From assembly GCA_002269645.1 (NCBI GenBank), contig NIVC01000778.1, positions 186,001-250,000 of the forward strand: a DNA stretch of 64,000 nucleotides, read 5' to 3'. The notes beneath the pieces are model-generated. The model ran no database searches. It was given only the letters and a program-made list of their open reading frames with translations, and had not been told where the DNA came from. This stretch comes from Macrostomum lignano. Taxonomy: Eukaryota. The number at the start of each line of letters is the position of its first letter. Position 1 is the first letter of the stretch. Below are positions 29,860 to 40,864 of this stretch, one piece after another. Both the position numbers and the translations under genes were made by a program.

Positions 29860-31222
29860 TTGGCTCCGGTTACCGAACTGAGTCCGGAAGATCATAGTCA
29901 AGATAGAGAGCTACAACGCTTTCTTCAATTCATCACCGACTTCAGTCGACATGACGATGACACCGTCATGGGAGTGGAAATTCCTGATCTACCGGCTGCC
30001 GACAGTAACACCGACGTCGGCGTTTCGATTGACGATGCTGAGAGTGTCCAAATTGATGCGACGGAAATTGCCTCGCTGCCTAGATCAACACGAGATCAGA
30101 TGCAATTTCATGGACAAAGGTTTGCTGACTACATGTCTAATCTGGGTTACTCGGTGGATCGCCTACAGACGGTAGACCAGGAGAAATTGAACGAGCATCT
30201 GCGTCTGTACTATTTTCGCCTGGCGAAGCCGAGTGGCGAAAAGTACTCCGCATCAAGTCTGGTTTGCATAAGGGCTGGCATCCAGCGCTTTTTTAACTAC
30301 ACCATTAAGTGACAAATCAACATCACTGATGCACCTCAATTCGGCAGCGCTAACCGTATGCTGCAAATGAAAGTTCGAGAATATCATGCTGCAGGTGGAA
30401 GTGTGAAGCGCTTCCAACCGATTGAGGAAACTGACCTCAAGAGAATTTGCGTACTTTGATCAATCCAATGGTGAACGATTACAGGATGAGGTACTCTTCA
30501 CACTGATGTATGTATTGGGTGAAAGAGGACAAGAACATATGAAGCAGCTGCGCGGTAGAGATTAGTCTTATTGAAAAGACCGACAGTGAGTGATGGTAAG
30601 CCGTATTACGAGTTGCCAATGCTACCGACAAAAAAACCAAAGCGCCGAGCCGACGCGAGCCAAGCGTTTCAATCCCAAACAAGCTCGATTGTACGGGAAG
30701 CAGTGCGACCTTCTACGTCTGTACATGTCCGTCCTTCCGTATGAAACGAAAGATGACACTATGTTCCCGCGACCAATGGCCAGTTCCGCTTTACAATTTG
30801 CTTTCTCAAGTAAGCAAGTCCGAGGCATAAACTGGCTATGTACGTACATGCAGCGGATCAGCAAGGTGTGCGGCCTGAGCAAGGGATATACAAACCACTG
30901 CATCCGCGTCACTCGCATTGCTGATCTGAAAGATTCAGGCTATTCTGTGTCTGACATCATGAGCATTACTGGCCAACAAACGGAGTCTACTGTGCGGCGG
31001 TATCTCTCCCGGAAACGTGACAGCGCCATTCGAGACATGGCAACTACTGTGGGGGCTACGTTAGAACTAGGCGGTGTGAATGGCGACAGCAGTGGTACCT
31101 GCGTCTCGACTAGCAGCAAAAGCATTGTCGGCCACGAGACAGCAACTGTTCGTGAGAATACCTATGCTGCAGTGTTCTCCAACTGCCAGTTCGCAAATTG
31201 CACGATCATAATCAATAAGTAG
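29860..31222 (+). pseudogene. Crypton/DUF3504-type tyrosine recombinase pseudogene
   Basis: Joined pieces: LNEHLRLYY...GEKYSASSLVCIRAGIQRFF (stop at 30312), QINITDAPQF...; frameshift to YFDQSNGERLQDEVLFTLMYVLGERGQE (catalytic R); then YTNHCIRVT (HxxR) and SITGQQTESTVRRY (catalytic Y, with the usual His replaced by Gln). In-frame stops and frameshifts are present. Confidence 0.82.
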
Positions 31223-31544
31223 TAGGAATACGTGACAGGGCAATAACATCTGTGTTCACCACGTTTTGTTGTACTTACTTACATGAGTCGTATTTGTTTC
31301 GCTTTTTGCTTGTTCTCATATTCATATTTTTTCCCTGCGAAAATTGTCTGCACGCTGTCGTTGAACGCGTAATACGAGCCAATAAATATTAGACCATAGT
31401 CTATGGTCAAAATATCTGCTCTAGCGTGTGACAATCAGAAGCGTTGCCAGTAGGCTTGATCTATTTAACAATAAAGAATGAACAGCAAAACAAGTAGTCC
31501 ATGCCCATGTCCACGCTGTGTACTCAAACATGTTCAAAGCACAG

Positions 31545-31880
31545 TCAGTACCGGGCATAGCAACCACAAGCGTGCAACCTTCGGTTTCTTTCACCCCATA
31601 TCAGACGAAGTAAGGTGACCAGCAAGTGTTGGTATTTCACCAAGACCGCAGCAATCGCTGATCTGCCTTTTCAGTCGTGCTTCGCATGTACATGTAGATG
31701 GGCTGGATGCCTCGCGTTGCGTGTTCCACACACTTCTGGTTTCTCTCAACTTCATATGCAGCTTGCGTATCGTGGTATGCGATCGTTCAAATCGGCGAGC
31801 AACTGAACGAATGGACGATCCCGCGCGTTGAGCATGCCAACCGCGCTTGCTCGGTCTAGATCAGTCATTCGGCAGACCAA
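31545..31880 (-). pseudogene. Tc1/mariner transposase N-terminal relic
   Basis: With frameshifts it reads MTDLDRASAVGMLNA/GSSIRSVARRFERSHTTIRKLHMKLRETRSV ... RNRRLHACGCYAR, which matches the Tc1 paired-like HTH region. The DDE domain is absent. Confidence 0.65.
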
Positions 31881-32512
31881 ATTGTTGTCGTCTCGCGTAC
31901 ACACAGGTGCTTCTCCTTGTGACACCAGATATCGAACTTTACTTCCCTTAATGCCCATTTTTCTCATTAGTCTATGGCAAAAAATCAAGCGGTGAAACCA
32001 TCTATCGCGTTGCCCATGGACCCTTGGCGCAAGGGTGGAAACTTTTCAATGTTGCTGAGTGTATAACCTCTTAGCTCAATAAGCTAATTATAAAATCGTA
32101 CTAACTTTGCTTCGGTCTAAGCACTTAATGAAACTTTTACCACAAACCAAATTTACTTTTCAGTACAGAAGTCGCAAAATTAATTTATATGACCCTTAAA
32201 ACAAGAATTTGTGCACTCTTAGCCATTCTTTTTTTAATACACAACTGAATTCCCGCAAATGCAAACTGTCTATGGCCAGAGCCCGCTGACTGAGATGTAC
32301 AGTTGCGTCTGTGGCTGAACCGAGCAACTCAGACCCTTTTATATTGCTGATCCCGATCCCAAAAGCTCTCAGCATTTCTACCATCGATAAGCTGAATTTG
32401 CACTTTTCACAAGACTCTACCAGACAGCAACTAGGAGAAACAAGAAACCTTCCTTTCAAAGTTCAACAAAAATCTGCGTGGATCAGCTGATCTAACTCGC
32501 TTCGACCTGAGC

Positions 32513-35500
32513 ATGTTCCGAACGGTTCTGCTTCTGTTCTGCATGAGCGCAGCCATCTACGGTGCTCTGAGCTGCCCGTCCTCAAAGAAAAAATGTGAGT
32601 AGCTTTTATAGCCTTTGAGTTGTGCTTTAGCTTGCTTGTGCTCATGCTCAGCTGCATTCAGGATAATCCTGCCACTTTTCAGCTGAGCCTGATGCAACTC
32701 CGGAAACCAAGGAGGATCCGCCGAAAGACAGAAGCGATTGGCCTTCAGAAAATCAATTTCACCCTGGTCTGTGAACGGTCACCATCGAGGGACTTCTTGT
32801 CTTCCTGTCATGATTGATTCCACTTTAATAAATGCATTTTTCTCATCTGTCATCATGTCAAAAAGTACTCTCAGCATATCAGAACAGTTCCCTCAGCATA
32901 TTAACATGTCTATAATTCCCAAACAGTTTACAATTCCCTAGCTGTCTAAATTTCCCCAACTGTTTACAATTCCCCAGCTGTCTACAGTTCCCCAGCTGTC
33001 TACAATTCCCCAGCTGTCTACAATTCCCCATCTGTCTACAATTCTCGAACTGTCTACAATTCCCAAGCTGTCTACAATTCTCCCAAATGTCTACAGTTCC
33101 CCAGCTGTCTACAATTCCCAAGCTATCTACAATTCTCCAACTGTCTACAATTCCCCAGCTGTCTACAATTCTCCCAAATGTCTACAGTTCCCCAGCTGTC
33201 TACAATTCCCCAGCTATCTACAATTCTCCAACTGTCTACAATTCCCCAGCTGTCTACAGTTCCCCAGCTGTCTACAATTCCCCAGCTATCTACAATTCCC
33301 CAGCTGTCTACAATTCCCCAACTATCTACAATTCTCCAACCGTCTACAATTCCCGAATACTTTATATGTGCACATATTCACTCCAGAAATATTTGCACTT
33401 TAGCTAGTGCTCATGCTCAGCTGCATTCAGGGTATAACAGATGGGACTACTGCAGCTCCGGCAACCCTCAGAAACTTCAGGGTTGCCATAGACAAAGTCG
33501 TTTTCGTCCCCCTCTGAAAGTAAAATAGTGGACTATGTATGACTATAATGCCAGTGGGAACAGCATGCAAGGCTTTGCATAAAAATTCAATCTGTCCCTC
33601 TGTGCATTAAGTCCATTCATAAGATTCACCTGAATTAAAATCTTGTAAAAATATTTGGAGGAAATTTTGTCATTCCAGAATTTCCTCCAAGCCTCTAGGT
33701 TTCCTCCATTTCCTCCAATTTCCTCAGGGAGAAAATTTGCTCTGGAGTGGCAACACTAGAATCCTCACTGACCATGAAAAAGAAATGCCTGCAATTCTGG
33801 CAGCGAAGGGCATGTCAGATAAGTTAAGCTACACAAAAACTAAAACTCAGAAAAAGCATATTTTGATGTGAGCTCGTACTTTGCTGGGACATACCTTTCA
33901 GAGGGGGCGAAAACGAAAACGACTAAATACTAAAATGCTAAAAGTATGCTAAAAAGAATGCTAAAAGTAAAGACAAAAATAACTGTCTCAGATTAGCACT
34001 CCATTCTATTCAGTATGTCAGAACAAGTCCCTCAGCATGCCAGAACAAGTCCCTCAGCATGTCAGAACAGTTTTCTCAGCATGTCAGAACAGTTCCCTCA
34101 GCATGTCAGAACAGTTCCCTCAGCATGCCAGAACAGTTCTCTCAGCATGTCAGAACAGTTCTCTCAGCATGTCAGAACAGTTCTCTCAGCATGTCAGAAC
34201 AGTTCTCTCAGCATGTCAGAACAGTTCCCTCAGCATGTCAGAACAGTACCATCAGCATGCCAGAACGGTTCTCTCAGCATGTCAGAACAGTTCTCTCAGC
34301 ATGTCAGAACAGTTCTCTCAGCATGTCAGAACAGTTCTCTCAACATGTCAGAACAGTTCTCTCAGCATGCCAGAACGGTTCTCTCAGCATGTCAGAACAG
34401 TTCAAATTCGTATCAGCAGTATAAATGCTTCTCATACACACTGCAACTGACGACTTTGCTATCTGTTTCCAACTGATTCAGGTGGATGCTATCGAATTCA
34501 CGGAATCGGTCCCAGAGCTGAGCTGAAGAAAATGTCGCCGCGCATTTGCGCTCTCGAGTGTGCTGGGAAAAGTCCAAAGAAATCCCAATCCTTCGGGCTC
34601 GCTTATGGTGACACCTGCCTGTGTGAATCGGAACTTGAATCTCGGATGTTGCCAACAGAACTTGACCCTGAAGTACATTGCTCGCATCGTTGCCCAGGAA
34701 ATCACCGGCAATCCTGCGGTGGGGATATGGCAGTAGCGTATTTCAACCTGAGCGCAGTACTGTCTTCTACAAAGAAAGGTAAACAAACTGTCAAATCAGT
34801 ACCTTTGTGTGGGGATTTTTACCAATTAGATTGATTAACACAGAGCTAAGGTTACTAATGGCAAAGGTCAGCACATGTATGAGAATACAGTTTGGAATGT
34901 AAAATCCAGTAGCCAAATAAGCCCAAAAGAAGCCTACTTCACTTGTACTAGTTTTTTTTATTTTTCGATTATTTATGATTTTTAACTATAAGTGCCATCA
35001 GCATGTCCTCATGCCCTCAGCAATTTTCTACATTGCTCAAAATCAGCTCAAAATAATGTAATCTGTTTTTAACTGAGTTCAACCAAAACTTTACCTTTTT
35101 AGATAAATTCGAGCAGGGAGCGAAGTTCTATCCAGTTATTCCAGGTGAGTTACCAGTTAATTTCTTTCAGCCTTGTCGTCCGTTTCACTGCAAGGGGCTA
35201 TATCTGCCTGCGTTGGTTGTCTCTCATATGGTCTCGGTGTATGAGATGATGACGGTTTGAGGGCGATCTCCATTCTTCCCACATCAAACAGCCGCTGGAC
35301 ATCCCTAACAAATCTGACTCAATCGCCCGTGAATTCTCGAATTAGCGACTGTCTCTCTGGCTCTGTCTCTCGTGCATCTCAGTCAGTCCTTTGTAGTCAC
35401 GCTAGTTGTGTTTGTCGTCGGTCTTGGGGTGGTCGTTGGTGTTGGGATAGTCTTATCGTTTTTCCTCCCACTGTTTTGCATGTTATTACGCAACCATCGA

Positions 35501-37108
35501 TAGCAACTTATCTACTTGTGGTCACTTGTTTCAGAGTCCCGCCCGATCCGATGCCAATCAAAAGAATATATACAGGCTAATGTACCCATTGTACTGGCAA
35601 AGGGAAGAAGGATGTCACACCTTGTTTGCGCAACCGAGTGTGTGAGGCGTGATTTCTACGAAAAGTTCAAATACTTCGGCATTGACAGCGGTAACAAATG
35701 CTATTGTGCATCGAAATTACCTACTGCTCATATGGCTATTAAAATCGAAAAATGCTCAAGTCGATGCCCTGGAAATCACAGGCAATCGTGTGGTTACAAG
35801 GGTGCAATATCGTATTTCAACCTGCGCACAACACTCTCTTCTCCCAAGCCAGGCAAGTACTTTGTCATCCTACTTTCTTGCAAGTGCCAGTTTTGATTCT
35901 AATGGAAATATGAATATAATTTCCATAATCTTGCCGTCACTTCAGTTCTCTTTTATTTATCTCAACTCTTGCCGTCTCAATTACCTTCTCTGTGGTGACT
36001 CTAGTCCTCTTTACAACTGCCTTTTGAGCTGCATCTATTAATAATTGCTCAAAAACTGATTGCCCGTTCAATACAACCCAAAATAATTCCATTATTCAGA
36101 TAAATACGAGCAGGGAGCGACGGTCACTCCAGGTGAGTTTCCGTCTGAGATAATTCGGCTGTTTGAGCTGCTCGTATTTAAATTGATTTGTTTTAACCAT
36201 TTTAGACAACTTTCGATTAGCAGGATGCTTTTATGATGAATCACATAAAGATACCACTTCTATGTACCCTAGAAAACCTATGTCCTACAAGGTTTGCGCT
36301 CAAGCGTGTATCGATTACGATCTCTACGACAAATATAAATACATCACCATTAAGGATGCTAAAAAGTGCCATTGTTCATCGGGACTACCTGCCAAGCAGC
36401 ATAAAATAAATGACACTGATTGTAAACAGTCTTGTCAAGGCAAACTTTGCATGGGCTACAACTGGCAGGCGTATTTCGAATTCACTCGACGAAAGCCATG
36501 CAAGTATTCGGTGATAGCGCTGCCTTTTGATAAGCATTTTGCCCATTATAACTGCAGCACAGTACTAAGTCTAATACTTGTACTAAATAATTTACTCCAT
36601 TTGCCAGTATCCATGCAGAAACTAAACGAGCTAATTCCCCCAGCTGTCTACAATTCCCATACAATTCCCAAACAGTTTGCAATTCCCCAGCTGTCTACAA
36701 TTCCCATACAATTCCCAAACAGTTTGCAATTCCCCAGCTGTCTACAATTCCCCAGCTGTCTACCATTCCCTAGCTGTCTAAAATTCCCCAACTGTTTACA
36801 CTTCCCCAGCTGTCTACAATTCCCCAGATGTCTACAATTCCCCAGTTGGCGACAATTCCCCAGCTGTCTACAATTCCCAGATGACTTCAATTCCCCAGCT
36901 GTCTACAGTTCCCCAGCTGTCTACAATTCCCCAGCTGTCTACAATTCCCCAATCTGTGTGCAGATATGCACTCCGCATTCCCTTGATGTCTACACCTATT
37001 CCTCAACTGACTGTAAACATCCAGTTACCCTTTATGACAAATTTCAGACAACTGAAACGGCTGCTCCGAGGCCAGTGGAGCGGTCCGGTGCTGCACAGAA
37101 TCCGGCAG
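32513..37108 (+). CDS. Secreted multi-WSC-domain protein (modular; 3' end unresolved)
   Basis: Predicted exons: 32513-32594 (signal peptide MFRTVLLLFCMSAAIYGALS), 32683-32766, 34482-34778 (WSC1), 35103-35144, 35535-35852 (WSC2), 36100-36132, 36206-36499 (WSC3), 37025-37108. All internal exons are multiples of 3 with phase-1 borders. The WSC pattern GC...M...C...C...FG...G..C.C...C...CPG....CG is clear. Confidence 0.72.
32925..33355. repeat. ~20-bp minisatellite (cccagctgtctacaattc) in a WSC gene intron
   Basis: Tandem copies visible. Same family as 36635-36950. Confidence 0.92.
33478..33924. mobile_element. Nested MITE-like ends
   Basis: CAGGGTTGCCA (33478) and TGGCAACACTAG (33748) are typical DNA-transposon termini. 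Inverted repeat agtcgttttcgtccccctctgaaag (33496-33520) / ctttcagagggggcgaaaacgaaaacgact (33895-33924). Confidence 0.5.
34010..34402. repeat. 22-bp minisatellite (cagcatgtcagaacagttctct)
   Basis: Tandem copies visible. Confidence 0.95.
36635..36950. repeat. ~20-bp minisatellite (cccagctgtctacaattc), second array
   Basis: Tandem copies visible. Confidence 0.92.
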
Positions 37109-37164
37109 GTGACCCATAGCGAACTGACAGCGTCTCGGCTCTTTGATTTTCTAGCAAACATTTT

Positions 37165-37535
37165 CAATGGAATTTAGCTCAGTGTATGATTACTGTAGGA
37201 TTCATTTTCATACTGTAGGCACGTGCTTTTAAGCATGATGCATTGGAATTTAGCTCAGTGTATGATTACTGTAGGATTCATTTTCATACTGTAGGCATGT
37301 GCTTTTAAGCATGATGCATTTTGTAAGCCAGCCAAATTTTCAATGGAGTTTAGCTCAGTGTATGATTACTGTAGGATTCATTTTCATACTGTAGGCATGT
37401 GCTTTTAAGCATGATGCATTTTGTAAGCCAGCCAAATTTTCAATGGAGTTTAGCTCAGTGTATGATTACTGTAGGATTCATTTTCATACTGTAGGCATGT
37501 GCTTTTAAGCATGATGCATTTTGTAAGCCAGCCAG
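37165..37535. repeat. 100-bp tandem repeat (about 3.7 copies; the first copy is shortened)
   Basis: tttagctcagtg recurs at 37173, 37249, 37349 and 37449. Confidence 0.92.
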
Positions 37536-38049
37536 CATTTCAGTTTCTTGCCTGTAGCTATAGGGAATAGGTTCCAAGCAGTGGCATTATTCTTATCAAA
37601 TGTGATATTTTGTAGCTCAGCCAATTGCTCTTTTCAGTTGAACTCAAATTTCAAGCTAACAAGTACGAGCGTATGTACATGTCCTTGAGCTCTTTTTCTT
37701 ACGTAGCTCAGTAGCTCTGTGTCTTAAAAACTATTTGTATTTCAATTCGCAAAACCAATAAAATCTGCGAGCTCATTCACCAGCTTCTCCTCAAGGAATC
37801 TCTGTGTTTCTCTTAATAAGAAACTCAAACACAGAAAGAACTGAGAGTGATCTCTCGAAGCAGAGTGTCAAAATAAGAGGTAAAAAGGTACTCTTGTATT
37901 CTATTCTAATATTCCTCGTAGTAGCACAAGGCGATTAATAGAATGAATTAAATTGAGTTCAGTGGGGTTCTCACATGTAGATATCGGGTCAAACTTTGCG
38001 TCATCTTGAAGAGAACTAAATTTCTATCAACCTAGTGAAAAATTATCAT

Positions 38050-40860
38050 TCGGATATGATAATATCATATCATATCCGAACAGGCTCTGCCCTGTATTTT
38101 GTAGAGAGCGTCGAGGTTGCTCTTGACGCTCGGGCCGCTAGCCCACACGAGGCTGGCGTAACTGATCGAGGGGCGGATGATGGCAGTGTAAATCCACCAC
38201 AGCTTCCTGGGGGAGAGCCCCAGGTGGTGCCCACGGCGCGCCTGATCTGAGCCAGGACAGCCAGGGCTTTTTTGGCTTTAGTTCGAATTTGCGGAGTCCA
38301 GTTAAGCCTGTGGTCCAGAGTGAGGCCCAGGCAGCGGACCTGCTTCTCAATGGAAATATTCTTTCCATAGAGGGTCCAGAGCAGTTTGTTGGTAAACATG
38401 ACCGCTGTGGTTTTCGACTCTGAGAGTCTAAGACCACATTGGTTTGCCCAACGCTCCGCCCGTCCCAGAAAGCCCTGCAGAAGTTCTCTGATGGTATCAA
38501 CCGAAGGGCCCGCGCATATCGCGGTCACATCATCGGCATAGCCCACCTTGAGAATGGGGTCGTGGAGATCACTGCAAAGCAACTCATCCATGACCATGTT
38601 CCAGAGAACGGGGGTGAGAACTCCGCCCTGGGGGCCCCCTTTCTGGACAGGCGCCGAAAGAGAGCTGCCGTTCAGGTGGGCCACAACAGTGCGGTTCCGG
38701 ATCATGAACATGATCCACCGGACAAGGTGAGGGTGCGTGGCCCTGGATTCCAGGGCTCTGCAAAAGGCCTCGAAGATGACGTTGTCGAAGGCCCCCTCAA
38801 TGTCCAGGAAAAGCGAGAGGGCAAAACCGCTGCCAAGAACGGCCCTCTCCAGGAAGTCAACAATGACATGGAGGGCACTCTCGGTAGACCTGCCCGCGCG
38901 GAAGGCGTGTTGGTTCTGCTAGAGTGGGAAGCGCTTCAGCTCGACCGAAAGCAGGCGCCAAAGCACCAGTCTCTCGAGGAGCTTGAGGCATAAAGAAGTG
39001 AGGCTGATAGGCCTGAAGGCCTTCACAGATTGGTAGTCGTTCTTTCCAGGCTTGGGGGATAAAGACCACCCGGGCCTCTCTCCACGCAACTGGTACATAG
39101 CCCAACTCCACACAAGCTCGAAGGAGACGACAGAGCAGGTCCAGGAAGCGGTGGTTTTTCACCGCCTCGTGCAAGAACGCTGGGTAGATGCCGTCAGGCC
39201 CAGGCGCGTTGAACGGGTTAAAGGACCTTGCCGCTCTAATAATGCGGTCTTTGGTGATCATAGACTTTGCTGGGCCTTGCCCTCCCACTGTGTGGTCAGG
39301 CGGGCCCTGCTGAGTCGGGGATTTAGGGAAGAAACTGTTCTTCCGAGCTCTCTGTGACCGAGCCATCAGGTCTCTTTACAACAGAGAGTTTAGAAAAACG
39401 GTCATTAGTGAGTGCCTTAACCACGCGGGCTACGGGGCGAGAGCCCTCAAGCCCTTCGCAATATTGGCGCCACTTGGCCGTCTTGGCCCTTCTGACTTGG
39501 CCCTTAAACTCGTGGATCGCACGGGTATAGGCCTCTCTATCAGAGGGGTCTTTGGTTTTGAGCGCTCGCCTTTGGAGGGTCCTGGCTCGGCGCCGAAGGG
39601 CCCCGAGCTCTGGGTTCCACCAGGGAGCAGATTTCTTGCCTTTGTAGGCCTTTAGAGGGCAGGCTACTTCAAAGGCAGTGGTGATCGCCCCGCCCAGGGA
39701 GGAGGCGAGATCATCCACCACCTGGCAGTCAGAGAGGTCACTGGGGGGGGGGGGTCAAGATCCCGAAGGCCGCGGTTCAGCTTCGAGCCAAAGGCGGCCC
39801 AATCGGTGTTCCTGACGTTCAGACTCCAAGTGACCTTAGGCTTTTGCTTGGTCGGCCCAATGCAAAAGCGGATAAAGCGGTGGTCCGAGAGCGAGTCCTC
39901 GTCCCACACTCGCCAGCCCGTGACTGCGGAAAGCAGTCCGGGTGAGACGATGGTGGTGTCGATGACTTCGGCCCACCGCCCATTATTGAACGTTGGTGCA
40001 TTGCCCACGTTACAGAAATTGAGGTTTGTGCTGCTGACGTAGGCCAGCAGCTCCTCGCCGCTGTTATTGGTGTTCTTGCTGCCCCAATGCAGGTGGTGTG
40101 CGTTCACATCCCCTGCAATGAGCAGCTCGAACCGACGGGACGTAGCGTAGTCAATGAGGTTGACTAGTGCGTCGCAGACTACTGGGGCAACGCCTGGGAA
40201 ATAGGCAGATGCTACCAGCCCAGGTTTATTTGGAATGAGGTTATTGATTTGAACAACACAGATGTCCCCAGTCGAGAGATCAGGTCTCATCAATGCCTCA
40301 AAAGCTTTTGCAGCAAAGATCAGAGATCTTGGGCGAGGCTGAGAGTTCGCCATGCAAAAACAGTGGTAGCCAGATGGCACATTATTTGGCTTACCTTTAG
40401 TCATCCAGGGCTCCTGTACGAAGACCAGGCCCGGAAGCTGTTGCTCTGTCGTGCGCATCAGGTTGACTGACGCCGCCACGCAGTGCTGGGTGTTGATCTG
40501 CAGACACCAGGTAGCCGCTGGCATCAGTGCAGATCGGATGTTGCAGTCGCCAGGAGTTCCTCCTCCTCCTCGGCGCTCACCAGCTTCGGGTCGGAATCGC
40601 CGGTGTCCTTGGGCTCCTCTTCAGCAAAAGGCCCCCGATTGGTCGGAAGGCAATAGGCAGCGTTCGCCGCCCTTCGCCCACCGGCCACGGGGTCTCCCGC
40701 TTCAAACTGGCCCAATGCCCTGGAGCAGCCACCCGCCTGGGCAGGCGGGTCCGTCTCCAGTCGGCCCTGCCCCGAGGGGTTGGGCCCAGCTGGGACGTCC
40801 CCACCCTCCCTGGACGAGCTGGTGGGCCTAGACGTCCCGCCCCCACGGGGGAGCTCCCCC
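38050..40860 (-). mobile_element. Non-LTR retrotransposon (APE-RT, R1/LOA-like), truncated at both ends and frameshifted
   Basis: ORF1 tail 40860-40524. APE domain 40524-39664 (QINTQH, FVQEPW, SAYFP, GDVNAHH..WGS, PTF, IDTT, SDHRFI). KAPGPDG-like NAPGPDGI and FRPISLTS. RT core PQGGVLTPVLWN and GYADDV. Several frameshifts. The reading ends shortly after the RT. Confidence 0.9.
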
Positions 40861-40864
40861 CATG

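Larger units (their letters stand above)
29383..31437 (+). mobile_element. Crypton-like tyrosine-recombinase DNA transposon (decayed)
   Basis: Contains a DUF3504/Crypton-type YR pseudogene. Flanked by an 8-bp direct repeat GTCTATGG (29383-29390, 31399-31406) and a 15-bp direct repeat AGCGTGTGACAATCA (29441-29455, 31423-31437). Exact ends are uncertain. Confidence 0.7.

Noticed and set aside
31495-31600. Plus-strand M..C...C..Y peptide resembling WSC
   Set aside because: It has an in-frame stop and is better explained as the antisense of the Tc1 relic.
33431-33520. Possible fourth WSC exon (GYNRWDYC...LQGCHRQ)
   Set aside because: The GC-containing part coincides with a transposon-type terminus (CAGGGTTGCCA) and an inverted repeat, the donor phase does not fit, and stops follow.
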